Part shown: positions 26,659-39,029 of the stretch, piece by piece | Numbering within the stretch: the stretch's first letter is position 1 | How the letters are laid out: each line of letters begins with the position of its first letter | Origin: Camelus ferus | Lineage: Eukaryota | Assembly: GCF_009834535.1 (NCBI RefSeq) | Contig: NC_045707.1 | Span: 54,128,001 to 54,192,000 of the forward strand | DNA: 64,000 bases | Direction of reading: 5' to 3' | Notes under the pieces: generated by a model | What the model saw: the letters and a program-made list of their open reading frames with translations, nothing else | Told to the model about the DNA's origin: nothing | Database searches by the model: none | Position numbers and translations under genes: made by a program

Positions 26659-28254
26659 AACCAACACCTAAAGGTGTATCACCTTTAATTTTGAAACACT
26701 GATGTGCCAGGCATTGGCAGCAGGGATACAAAGTTTAATAATATATACCCCTTCTTTCACAGATGTGGCAGCAAATGAGAAAACGAGTAAACATAATTTT
26801 ACTATGTGGCAAATCCTTTCATATAGGTATGTAGAAATTCTTTTAGGAACACAGGGAAGTGAAGTCAAAGAAAGTTGAGGGAAGACTTTTAGAGATTTAC
26901 TATTTGAAAGATACCTTGACTAACACAGCCAGAAAAAGGAAAAGAAAAAACAAGGGCATAAAAGATCATGGCAGTTACAGAGACAAGGAAAGGTGTGTGT
27001 GGATAGTACATGAGGGGTGGGAACAACGTTCGCAAGAAGGGTATGGAGCAGATTTTTAAAGTTTTCTGCCATGCCAAGCAGGTCAGATATCTTGAGTCTG
27101 GGGACAGGCATCTCCAGATCTGTGCTTTTGAAAACATAAAGCAAAGCTCTGGAAAATGAGCTGGATGGAAGAGAGACACTTAGGAAGCTAATCAAAAGAA
27201 AATGATGAGGGTCTACACTTATGTTTTAGTTTCCTAATAAAGAAAAATTCAACATGATATATTTTTTAGAAATAAAAAAATATATATATAATAAAAAGTC
27301 TCTCTCTCTCTTTCTCTCTCTCTTGCTCATAAAGACACTGATTTCCCAAAGGACCACACTCTTTATTATACACTTAGGATGGAATCCTCTGAGAATGAAA
27401 GTTTTTGAATCCTTAGCATCCATTTATTCTCTTAGAGATTTCAACTGCTATTTAGTCTTTTAATAAAGGAAAACCCACAAAACTCGAAACTCCTAGCACA
27501 AGTCTTTAGAGAGTTGACAGAGGGTTTTCATTAGATTACATACGTCTTACCATCCAGCACCACATTCTCTTTGGTAACCCCATTAAGTAGGAATAATTAT
27601 TCTTGCAGTACATTTGAGAGTTCCACAGGGCAAAAGCCACAGCATATGGTTTTGACTCTGATCACGCCTCTTAACAACAACAACAAAAAGTTTAAGTGGT
27701 GTATGGTATAAATTTATAAGTAATATTACTGCCTGGGGTATATAAAAATTCTTATATTTATGACTAAAAATTGCAAAAGGCCCTTTCCACAAATTTTATT
27801 TTTCCATAAGAATGAGCAGTAATTTCACAGTATAATAAAATGGCTACATGTATGTATTTCTAATCCATCTCACTATGTCCCTTATACTAGCACAAGCTAA
27901 GACATATTTCAACTCTTCATTATGTGCATTCTGAAGTATGTCATAAACATAATCCTAGAAATGTTTCCCACACATTAAGTAGGATATGTTGGCCTACAGC
28001 AACGATTACTAACCAGTTTTGGTATAAAAAAGAATACTTGTGTCCTTTTACTTACAAAAAACTGAACAAGGCTTCAAGGAGCAATTGTTTATATTTTACC
28101 TGTTTATTAATGGGTTTACTCAACAAATATTTACTAAATTTCTACAACGTGCAAGACATAGTTTTTAGCCAGATAGGCCCAACCCCTAACTTCTTAATGC
28201 TTCCATTCTTAATTTCTTCTTTGACGTGCTTTCTAGTATTAAGGTTCTTAGGGC

Positions 28255-28330
28255 TTGACACCAAAAACGTCTCCAAACATTACCACGCATCCTCCTGGGG
28301 ACAAAATCAACTCCCACTAAGAATCATTGT
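28255..28330 (-). mobile_element. MER20 5' fragment
   Basis: 'gacaccaaaaacgtctccaaacattacca...ggacaaaatcaactcccactaagaatcattg' resembles the reverse complement of the MER20 start. Confidence 0.6.
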
Positions 28331-28370
28331 TCTGTTCAAACAAGAAGAGAGAGCTGTGCTTTTTACTTTA

Positions 28371-28542
28371 TTTTTTTTTAACTTTTTTTTTTATTGAGTT
28401 ATAGTCATTCTACAGTGTTGTGTCAAATTCCAGTGCAGAGCACAATTTTTCAATTACACATGAATATACGTATATTCATTGTCACATTCTCTTTCTCTGT
28501 GAGCCACCAAAAGATCCTGTGTATATTTCCCTGTGCTACATA
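28371..28542 (-). mobile_element. Short 5'-truncated L1 3' end with 13-bp TSD
   Basis: Poly-T then 'attgagttatagtcattctacagtgttgtgtcaaattccagtg'; exact direct repeat GCTTTTTACTTTA at 28358-28370 and 28543-28555. Confidence 0.9.
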
Positions 28543-30819
28543 GCTTTTTACTTTAAATCATGCTGTTTTTAAAAAATATTTAACTAAATTTGAATCTATT
28601 ACTATTTCTAAATGAGAACCAAAATCTAAGTAAAAAGTAGAACAAAAACTTCATTATATTGATACTTTGTACTAAGTCAATGTTGCTTAATATCTTGGTA
28701 TTTGTTGGTATACAGTCCAAACAATTAGATGACTGAGTATTCTATTTTTCATATGTAAGTGTAGTAGGTTTTCTTTTGAAATATCATCTTTCAAATGCTT
28801 GTTTTAAAAATGCAACATTTGTGCAATTTCTTTTCTAAAATTCCATAATATCTCAACAATTGTAAATCAAAGTATGTATTATATAAATACTATATAATAC
28901 TATATAAATACTGCTATATAATGCAAAGTGGCTGTACTGCAACATTAAACTTATTCCATTAAATTTATTCAAATCAGGACAGACTGTAAGTAATTATGTA
29001 TAATAAAGATTTGTCAATTCTGATAGACTAACCAACCTGTCTTTCTAAATGTTGAACACAGCTTTATACTGGTGGAAAAGCATGGCTCTGGGTTTTATAT
29101 AACATGTTTCAAAATACTCATAAGGTTTTTTCAAACATCAAAAAGGAGTCTCTGAAATCTGAATGTAAGTTATTTAACTGAATCTAAGTTACATAACTTT
29201 TCAGTAGCAAAAGTGGGAAATTAATAGAGAATTTTAAGAAAATAGAAATTACATTCTGTAATTCAAAATAGGGCATAATTTTTCATCTACTTTTTTTCAT
29301 CCTTTTAAAAGCTAAATACAATATAGATCTGCTTTTTTATATAGGTAAATATTATATTTTAAATTTTATTTTAAGCTATCTAAAGTGGTTATACTGTTCA
29401 ACCTTTCTCTGTTTAAAGTGAAATCTAATTTGAAATCAGGCATTAATTCTTCCGTTATGTGCTAATACAGTGTCAAAGTTAACCACTTAGTAGGCAACAT
29501 ATGGATTGACTGATAAACATTCCTTATAGCCTCTCTATGAAAGTCAATCCCAAATTATTGAGTTAGAAGCAATTTCTCTCAATGGGCTAAGATTGTAATC
29601 AGAATTCAACTAGCCAAGATGATAATTAGGTACTATAATTTACTCCCTTTGGCTTAAAAGTAGTTCCTGGCATGACGCAGCAAAGGAAATCCACAATGGA
29701 TTTTCAAGAACTCTAACTTTAGGATGCATGTCCATATCAGTCTTCATAAATAATTTATGTGCATTATTCTTTTCTTATGCTACTAGTATCTTATGTCACA
29801 GGAGAGGGATGGGTGATGAAAGGGGGAAATTGATAAACAGAATCATTTTGCTGTCTGATCCATTCTGCTTTGGCAATTGTATTACTCTATGGCTGTCATT
29901 TACTCTGAAATAGGGAGATGCTGACCAAGGCAGCTCTGTGGTACCACATTGTATTCACAAACTGGATGTAAAGCTGTAATCTATAGGCTTTTATTGTTTG
30001 AAAAGGTATTAACACAACTACATGTTATTAAGCATGTAGTATCCATTATACGTGTGAACAGGAACACCAACTGCATGTTGTTAAACGTCACTCTGTGTTC
30101 CTTTCTTTCCTGGTCTCTTGAAATAAGGTTCTGATATTTCATATCCATATTTTATTGCATATCTTATAAGAGTGAGGATGTTAGCACTGGTTAAACAATA
30201 GCTTTTACCTATTGATATTTCTGTCTATACCTGGAAGCAAATACTGGAGCTGTCTTTGATGCTGACGTCTGCCAAGATCCCCATTAATTGGCAAAAAAGA
30301 ATAAATACTTGGCTAAAAGGACAGCTTACAATAACAAAACAAACAGGAGATTTTTTTGGTTAGAAAACCCATGGTTCAGACCCTGGCTTCTCTATTTAGC
30401 AGCTGGTCAATTTCTGGGCTCCTTGGAGTCTTTAATGTATTATTTGTAAATGAGAACAATATCTTCTGCTTCAATTGTTAAGATAAATTGAATCTGCCCC
30501 AATTGTTATTATAACTCTTAGCAATTCTTTTTATTGCTATTATTTTTACATATTATTATTGTGAGTTATGATTTGTTATTGAAAATGTATCTATGGAAAT
30601 AAAAATTTACTCTATTGTGTTAGAGGAAGATTTCATGAAGGAGATACAGCCGGTTGATGCAGAAGATTGGGGAGAAGGGGGAAAAAACAGCATCTCAGAG
30701 AGCAGAGGCACAGCACACGTGAAAAGTTCAAGAAAAACAAAACAGAACTTTATCAGAAGCCCATTCCATACACACCGCTTTCCCAGTGAAGGTTGTCTCA
30801 CATCGTCTCCCCTACAGCA

Positions 30820-31415
30820 ACAAGAGTGATTAGAAGTCAGCCTCAAGTGTTGCTCCCTTACAGTCTGTTCTCTGCAGAGCAGATAGAGGGATCTTTTTAA
30901 AAACATAAATCAAATCGTATTACTCCCCTCCTTAAAATCGTCTAATGGCTTTCCATCACAGCTGAAGAAACTCCAAGCTCCTCACACTGCCTGGGCAGCA
31001 GCAGTGATCTAGCCCCACAATCCACTCTGATTCCTTCTCACAACTCTTCTGCCCGCTCCCACAAGGCGCTCATAGTGGGTACCTTTATTTCAGTCTCTCG
31101 AACATCAAGCTGACTCCCTCGGGCTCTCTGGATTCTCTGCCTGGACTTTTCTGTACAGACAGTCACATAACTGGTGCATACAGTCATTCAGATCTCAGCT
31201 AACAAGTCACCTCCACAGGGAGACATCATTTCCTAATTTTTTCATTATTTTTAATGTACCTATTTATAATCCATTTCACATCACTAGAAGTTAAGCTTCT
31301 TGAGAACAGGACCACGCCTCCTGACTTTATGACTACAGCCTCAGGACCTAGCATAATGCTCCATCAAGGCAGGTGCTCCATGAATACTTGCTGTAGGGAG
31401 GAGTGAATGAATGAA
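30820..31415 (+). mobile_element. L2 LINE 3' region
   Basis: 'tcactagaagttaagcttcttgagaacaggacc...ggcaggtgctccatgaatacttg..gaatgaatgaa'. Confidence 0.8.
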
Positions 31416-33769
31416 AGCCCCGAGGCCATGAAGGCCTTGGGCCTTTTTTTTTTTAACTGAATTCCTTTGTAGGGGGAGGGGTACAAAGTATGTGGCTGAT
31501 TCACTTCATGTGTCTGGGAGGATTTTTAAAACATAGCAAGGTGTTTTACACTTCTATTATTTGTGTCTAATTTGTTTGCCTCTCAAAATATAAAGAGAAA
31601 ATACTAACAACAATCTTTCTGAGCCAATTACTTGAATTCTCCACTTCTTGGAGCTTAACCAACATATTTCGGTACCCACATCCAGAACATTTGGATCTCC
31701 TTACCACGTAGAGTATTTTGAAAATTACTGATCAAATGCTGGAAGTGTAGGTGCGAGGATAGGTCATATAATTAAAATAAACAGCAACTCCCCCAAAAAA
31801 TCCACAAATTGAGAACTGCTTTCTCTTTGGTAGAAAGCAACACCGTAACTTATTACTTCAAGAGAAAGGTGTCTTATTACAAAACCTATAACTCACTTCC
31901 TTTGTGACATTAACTGCAAAGAGCTTTATTTCAGCACATGTTACAACACCCTCTAATTCACAAATCCTGTTCAGTTTAATAGAAAAGAAAGTCTGAAACT
32001 CCGTGGTTATGAATGAGCGCTTTTTCTTCAGATATCTCTTGTTTGATTATCTTAAACTGAGGTTACTGTAACGACTGAAAACATGACATGATAGGACCTT
32101 TGTTCTCGCAGCCCAGGACTGTTTAATTTAACTGTGTAGCTCTGACACATCATTTTACGGCTTTGAACCAAGGCGCGCAAGTGAAGCCATTAAAAAAAAA
32201 AAAAAAACTAGAAGTTAACTTGTAGTAATAAAGTGAGGAAGAAATTTTTTGGATTATTCTGTCCTTTAGGCCTGTCTATCCTCACATCATCACATTTTCA
32301 GGAAGAAGGATTGGCTGAAAGCTGGCTCCAGCTAAATCCTTTCTAGTGCTGTTTCACTGAAGGACTGGAAAGTGACAATTCCTATCAAGCAGCTGGTTTT
32401 TAATTCCCTTGCCAGACTCCAGGGCAATCACATTAAACTGAGAAAAACCACAACTCAATCGCTGGTCTTCCACTTAATTTTTCATACAGAGTTAAGGTCA
32501 GGCTGTGGCCTCGCAACCCACGAGGTGCCTGTAACACAGAAAAATTTACACACCAGGCAGCTACTCTGAATGTGGTTGCCATATTACCTGGCAGTGAAAG
32601 AGAATGGCTTTAAGATGCTAGGAGAGATGACATTCAGTGCAATGGTGTATTTTGAAGGCGGTCCTCATTCTTTTAAGAAGTTTGTTTTTATTTCCTATGG
32701 AATTGTAAAGTCTCACCAGTAAACAGAGTTGAAAAGTTTGAATTAATTTCTATAAAAGCATACCTTCCTTTTAACAACATTAAAAATTGCAATCAACGTC
32801 TCCTAGATAATTATAGGTAAACCATAGATATTTATAAATTGTAGGTATTTAGTAAACAAGAAAATAGCAAAGGGAGAACTACGTGTGTCCTTAAATCTGG
32901 AATGTCCATTTGAAAGCAAACTATCCTGTTGTTCTTGTTATTTTTATTTGCCGGAGCGCATGATTATTATTTTTAAGTAATTGAATAAAAATGGTCCGTA
33001 TGTTGGACAACATTTTTTTCTTCAGGAAACGTTCAGTACTTGCTTACATTTTCGATAGAACCTTGACTACTTTGATTTTTTTTTTTTCCAACTTGATAAC
33101 TCTTGTTCCAATTACTCATCTGGAGGGAAATGCAAATGTTAAACTGCATTTGTTATGAGTCAGCTCTTGAGTGGCTCTTAAGTCTTTTGATTAACATCTT
33201 CTATGAATTGACCGTGTGATGCCTGCTAGAGTCCTGAACTCTATGTTTTTCTGATGACTAGATTGGCCCTTCAGTAACATTTGCTCATCATCAATAGCCT
33301 ATGAATGGGGTGGCATTTCATTGGAAGAAACAGATTGAAAACTTGTGTCTCCTATTTTGTCACATCTGGGGGAAGCTCCCAGTGCAATTGTTTCTACTTT
33401 CTTTTAATCTCACAAAGAAATGTTAACATTGAAGGACTGACCCTGTGTTCAAAGTTATTGTCAGAAACAGTGAAGTCATAGGCTTCTGTTTTTAATAATC
33501 CCTCACAAAACACAGAACATCATTAATCACAAATGACTGCAGATTTCCTAGATCCTGGCATTGCTATGGGGCCTGAGCATTTTTAAGCATATTATAAATT
33601 TGAGCAGACAACAGCCTCATGACATTGCATAAAAATTTGGCTGTGATGGAAAGATGAAACAACAGTTGAAAGCATTAAAATACTTAGAAACCAAAGATTG
33701 TTTTATTGCATTTCAATAAAATATAAGTCTAATTTTCAACTACTTTCAGCTTTTATGTTTCACTAACAT

Positions 33770-34010
33770 ATCAATCAGTCAACAAGTATTTATTGAGTGA
33801 CTACAACGTGTTCAGCACCATTATGCACTGCAGGGAATACAGAGACTTATGAGAAATTTATTCATTCATGAAACATTATATTCAGCCTCTGAGTGCAAGG
33901 CTCTATCCTGAGCGCTTTGGAAGTCCCCTGTGCTTTGTGAAGATGAGGAAGGCATAATTCCTCCCTTCAAGAAACCTACTTCCAGTTAGGGAGGTAACAT
34001 CTTTACACAT
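33770..34010 (-). mobile_element. L2 3' fragments
   Basis: 'tcaacaagtatttattgagtgactacaacgtg' and 'ttcattcatgaaaca' are L2 tails in reverse. Confidence 0.65.
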
Positions 34011-34168
34011 AAAATTTAGGAAGACCACAGGGTAAGTGAAACATACTGACATTCAGACAAAGAAATTTTCCCTTTTGCTCTTATTTTCAGGGAATATTTC
34101 CTGCTTGAGATGGAAATCAACTTGAGACTTCAACTTTGGAGTCAGGAAAGAAGGGAGAAATTGGTGAA

Positions 34169-34546
34169 TGCTATGGTCTGAATGTTTGTGTCCGTCCCCT
34201 CCCACTCCCACAAATTCATACGTTAAAATTCTAATCCCCAAGATGACAGCATTAGGAGTTAGGGTCATGTGAACTGATTAGGTTATGAGGACTGTACCTT
34301 CTTGAATGAGATTAGCGCCCTTATAAAAGATACCCCCAGAAAGCTTGCTTGGCTTTTCCACCAGGTGAAGCCAAATTGAGAAGGTACCAGCTATGACCAG
34401 AAAGAGGGTCCTCAGATGAACATGACCATACTGGTGGCTTGATCTTGAGCTTTCTGGCCTCCAGAACCGTGAGAAATAAAATTCTGTTGTTTATATGCTA
34501 CCTAGTCTTGGACTTTTGATATAGCAGCCCACATAGACTAAAATCA
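34169..34546 (+). mobile_element. MLT1A-type MaLR solo LTR
   Basis: Begins 'tgctatggtctgaatgtttgtgtcc', contains 'cccttataaaaga' and 'ggcctccagaaccgtgagaaataaa', ends 'atagcagcccacatagactaaaatca'. Confidence 0.9.
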
Positions 34547-35142
34547 TGAACCTACATGTTAGAGAAACAGCCTGGTCAAGGGGCATGCATGGAAATGCCA
34601 TGTTTTAGGAGAAAGTAAAGAGATCAGCTGTACTGAAGGGAGTTTATGTGGACAAAAATATCCCAGCAATTTTATTTGCACAGTGCTCCTTCAACTCAGT
34701 TCATTAAACTACATTAAACACTGTGCATAAGACAGACGGCTAGAATTCTATAAGGAGTGAACATTGGAAGAGATAGAACATACCTTCTCAAGGAGCCTTT
34801 CTATCAAGCGTGGGGGTCGGGGGCAGGGGTGGTTTTCCAAAAAACACAGACAGATGTTGGAAAGAAATATGAAAACAGTGCTATGGGTATATATGGCAGA
34901 AACAAGTTCTATGTGACCGAGAGGTAATGAAACCCTTAATAAAGGCTCCATCTGAGCTAAGTCTTGCAGAGGGTATAGGATAATGATAAGCAAAATCAGA
35001 TTGTGAAGTCTTCCCACGTGGAAGGAGTAACCTGGGCACAGGGAGTTGGGAAAAATGAAAGGTGCATTCATGGAAGAGTACATATTCATTTTAATTTGAA
35101 AGTGTATGCATTGAAAGGAGAAGCTAGAGATGGAGCTACATA

Positions 35143-36370
35143 CAGCAGTCTGCTGGCAACTGCTTACTAGCCAGCTCTCTAAAAGTATGCATGTATATAA
35201 AAAATATATATTAATGTACATTAATTTATAATACATTTCACTGATGTGAAGGATGTGTAACTCCCAATCTTATTAATAAAATATAAAATACTTTTTATTG
35301 AATCTCCGTATAGCCGAATGATTCTTACAGGGGCTTTCAGCAGTTTTTGCTGCACTCTTGTTTCCACAGGCAAAATACAGTTGCAATTATTAATTCAGCA
35401 TAGTTCCAACAGGAACACTGGATAATTTGCTTACATTAATTAGTAAGATAAAAGTAAAACAAAGAAGATGCATGCTGGACTTTCATTAATTCGTCAGTGA
35501 CATGAGCAACTCCTTTGCTGAATCAGATAATAGTTTTTGAATACTGGGAGTATATTTCCTCAATTTGTTATGATATTCATGATCTGAGGGCTATGAATAT
35601 GACACACGTTTAAGTTTGAACTGCATTATTTACACTGTTTTCTATCATTTTCATTTGTCTAACCCAGGGGTCAGCAAAGTACAGTCCATTGGCCAGATCT
35701 GGCTTGCCACCTGTTTTTGCAAATAAAGTTTTATCAAAACAGAGCTGCTCACATTTTTTTCCTATTATTTATAGCAGCTTTTCTGCTGCAGTGACAACCC
35801 CTGGTTGTCTTAAAAGGCTAGAAAGTAAATATATCAGGCTTGGGAACTGATCATCTCTGTCAAAACCACTCTAATCTCCATTTCAGTGCAATAGCAGTCA
35901 TAGACAATACACAATCAAGGAACGAGCATGGCTAAGTTCTAATACAAGAACAGGCAGCTGGTCCACAGCTTTATTTTGCTGACCCTGGCTCTAGACAAAA
36001 ACCAAAATGTTACATTTTGATCCCTGCTTTGTAGTGTTTTCTCATTTCCATGATGTAAACATCCCCACAATGGAGATTTCAATCCACCAAGATCTCATTC
36101 TTGAAGGGAGGGTTAATAAGAGATGCAAAGTAGCATGTCATTGTAGAGTACTTCTACCATCCAGATACAATATTTCCTCAAGAGCATAACTGTAGAATAC
36201 AGTAAAGTGATTAAGCTGATGTGTTGAGTTTTGAGTATTTATTACTTTTGTTTTTAATAAGATTTTTAATTATAAGTTTACACAATTCAATTTTTTAAAT
36301 GGCTGTGTTTGACAATTGCCTAACAAAATTGTTGAAAATTTAATACTCATTCTTAGGTGCTGGAATAAGC
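35143..36370 (-). mobile_element. MER63-like (hAT-Blackjack) DNA transposon, interrupted by MER58
   Basis: 36010-36370 matches the reverse complement of the MER63 5' part ('gagttttgagtatttattacttttgtttttaata', 'aatggctgtgtttgacaa'); 35143-35650 looks like its continuation. Confidence 0.7.
35665..35987. mobile_element. Two MER58A-like copies in opposite orientation
   Basis: Outer TIRs 'caggggtcagcaaa' / 'tttgctgaccctg'; 35665-35803 is (+) and internally deleted, 35811-35987 is (-). Confidence 0.75.
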
Positions 36371-36776
36371 TTTCTCTGTTATTTATAAAATAGGTAGAAT
36401 ACATTATGAAAAGTCTTGAATGTCAAACTAAAGAGATAAGTATATAACTCATTAGGCAAGATAGAGTCTTAGAAGAGTTTTAACATGAATCTCATGATCA
36501 TAGCTGTGCTTTCATGAAAATTTATCAGGAAGCAGTGCTAAGGATGAATTAAACTGGGAAAAACTGAAGAGTATGACACTAGTTAGGAAGTTTTCAGGGT
36601 GGTTTAAAGTATATTATGAGAAATTAACTACAGTGGAGACATTAGGAATAAAAAGGAAGACATGAAGGGTACAGGACTACAGGAAAGTAGAACCAATACA
36701 TCTTGGCTGTTAATTAGATATGGAGGAGGATGCCATGGGTGGAGTTAAAGATGACTTCAATTCCAAGATTTCTATT

Positions 36777-36811
36777 GCGTTGATGGTTCAGTGGTAGAAT
36801 TCATGCCTCCC
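36777..36811 (+). pseudogene. Tail-less retropseudogene of the 5' half of tRNA-Gly (CCC/GCC)
   Basis: GCGTTGATGGTTCAGTGGTAGAATTCATGCCTCCC versus tRNA-Gly GCATTGGTGGTTCAGTGGTAGAATTCTCGCCTCCC; flanked by CCAAGATTT(C/G)TATT at 36763-36776 and 36810-36823. Confidence 0.85.
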
Positions 36812-37029
36812 AAGATTTGTATTATGTGTGATTGTAAGTATGTTAATTCCATGGATGAAATTAGGATAACCATAGATTTATGAGCAATTTCAGATCACTA
36901 AAATTATGTACAGAATAAAAAGTGAAGATAATTCTACATACAGGAAAAATTAGAATACTTTTTTACACAATTGATGATCTAAAACTTTTCATTATTGGTG
37001 CCCCATAATGAAGTAACTAACTGAAATAA

Positions 37030-37200
37030 ATTTGAGCAAGTTACTTAATTTTCTAGGCTGCAGTTTTCTCAAATTGTAAAATAAAGATTATAGTATTATC
37101 CCACCAATAATATTCCCAATAGGCTGTGAATTTTAAAGGAGACTATTCAAACAAAGCACCTAGAACAGTGCTTGGCACAAAATAAGTGGTCAATTAAAAC
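37030..37200 (+). mobile_element. MIR SINE
   Basis: 'ttgagcaagttacttaatt..ctgcagttttctcaaattgtaaaat...aaagcacctagaacagtgcttggcaca'. Confidence 0.8.
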
Positions 37201-37559
37201 GTTAAAAATTAATGTTTTTATTGGTAGAAAGAAATGCAAATGGAGTATTCAAGACATATATCTTTGAAATTTTTGAATTCATAATGTATCTCTATTCTAT
37301 TTGTATAAACATGGGTGATTTTTAAATAGAATCAGCAAGGAATACTTTATACTAAGCTTTGAATTTGGTAAAATCCTTAGGGTAAGGAAAGAAAACTTAC
37401 TCGAAAAGAAGTACATAATTTTTAGTTAAATATATGTCCAGGAATTGAGAATCTTGACTCTTTCCCATATATGTTAATGAGTTGCTTTCTACCAGGGGAA
37501 GTCTATATATTTTCCACAGCAAATAGTAGTTACTTTTTGGAAAGATCCATCTACTGTCA

Positions 37560-38310
37560 GTGATTGAACTCCCATCTATACGTTGAATGTATCCCAGTTC
37601 ATATCACCAGTCCAGACTTCTCTTCTGAACTCTATCGGAAAAATCCATCCAAATGCCTTCTTTTCCAGTTGAATATTTCACAAGCCCCTTAAACTCAACA
37701 ACTTTGAGCACAATCTCAGTATCTTCCTCGTCTCATTTGAGCACCCATAACCTTTTCCTCCCTTATTTACTCTACCAGTGACCCAAGTCAGAACACTGGG
37801 AGTAACTTACTCCTTTCATCCATTTACTTCCCGTACTTACTTACTGATCAATCATGCATATTCTGTTTTCTGAAAGTCCCTCATAACTATGGTGGCAATA
37901 GATCGTTATTAGCCCTGGGAGGTCCTAGGTTTCACTTGGTATCCCAGCTTAGATATAGGTTATACCCTTTTACACTCACAAGCACCCCTAGCTTGTTAGT
38001 AAAATACATCCTACTCATTGCTCTTTTCATCCTTTCCATAGTCAATGATGCTGCTAAGAGTTAAAATCCTTGTCACTGCTTCCTGGACTTCTGCAATAGT
38101 TTCCTAGATGATCTCCAAGCCTCTCGTTCTATTCTACTCCAATTCATACTGAATACTGTAAATAAAATGCTCTTTCCAAAAGGTAAATTTGATATTTTTC
38201 TACCTTGCTTAAGCCTATAAAGAGCTTAAGATTTTCCCAAAAGCAGGGCAGTAAAATCCACACTCCTTAGCTCAGTCTTAACAGATTTTTCTAATGTCCA
38301 ACCATCCTTG
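37560..38310 (+). mobile_element. L2 LINE fragments
   Basis: 'ccagacttctcttctgaactc' and 'tcctggacttctgcaatagtttcctagatgatctcc'. Confidence 0.6.
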
Positions 38311-38619
38311 CCTTTCTATAATAAGCCTTTTAAAATCTTTATATATTATTTTTAATGCCTACTGACTTCAGCTTTTATTTAGAATTGTTGACTCTATATT
38401 CACAATTGAAGTAGACCTGTAATTTTCCCTTTTTTGTGCTATCTGTATCTCGTTTGGGGATCAAGATAATACTAGCAGTACAAAACCACTCAATACAAAA
38501 TGGACACAACAGATTTCTTTACATTTCTTTTCTTGGGAAAAGCTTGTATAGGAAAAGTATTTCCTGTTTCTTGGAATTTGATGCAATACACGTATAAAAC
38601 CATTTGTTTCTTGTCTCTT

Positions 38620-39029
38620 GCAGGGGTGTGCAGCTTTGAACCCCTCCAAATGGAGGTATTCATTCCCTCTAAATGCCAAGGATGTTTGTTATTAATGCGT
38701 TCCGATTGGATTCCTTTCTGAAAAATGGCTTCAGCTTAAGGGAGCCACAGACCAGGTTATGCTCCCAGTCTACATCAAATGACTGATCAATATGCACATT
38801 TAAAGACCAGGTCCCTTGTCTGAAGGAAGGACAATGCTGAAGAGTTTCAGAGCATCCTATGAACTGAGACATTTTTTACGAACTCTACTGCAGTTAAAAA
38901 GTCCTCCCTTTGCCCTGTCCTATCTTCCTCACTTCTTCACAGGGGTTGATCCTGAGAGCACTCTCCAACAAATTATCTTCACACAGATCATCCCAAAGTC
39001 TCTTTTCTTGGAGGAACCCAACCTTTGAT
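38620..39029 (+). mobile_element. LTR16-like ERVL solo LTR
   Basis: 3' end 'cacaggggttgatcctgagagcactctccaacaaatt...ggaggaacccaacctttgata' is characteristic of LTR16. Confidence 0.75.

Noticed and set aside
34811..34833. G-quadruplex candidate
   Set aside because: Only three G-tracts of 3 or more plus a GG, and it lies in decayed L2-like sequence.
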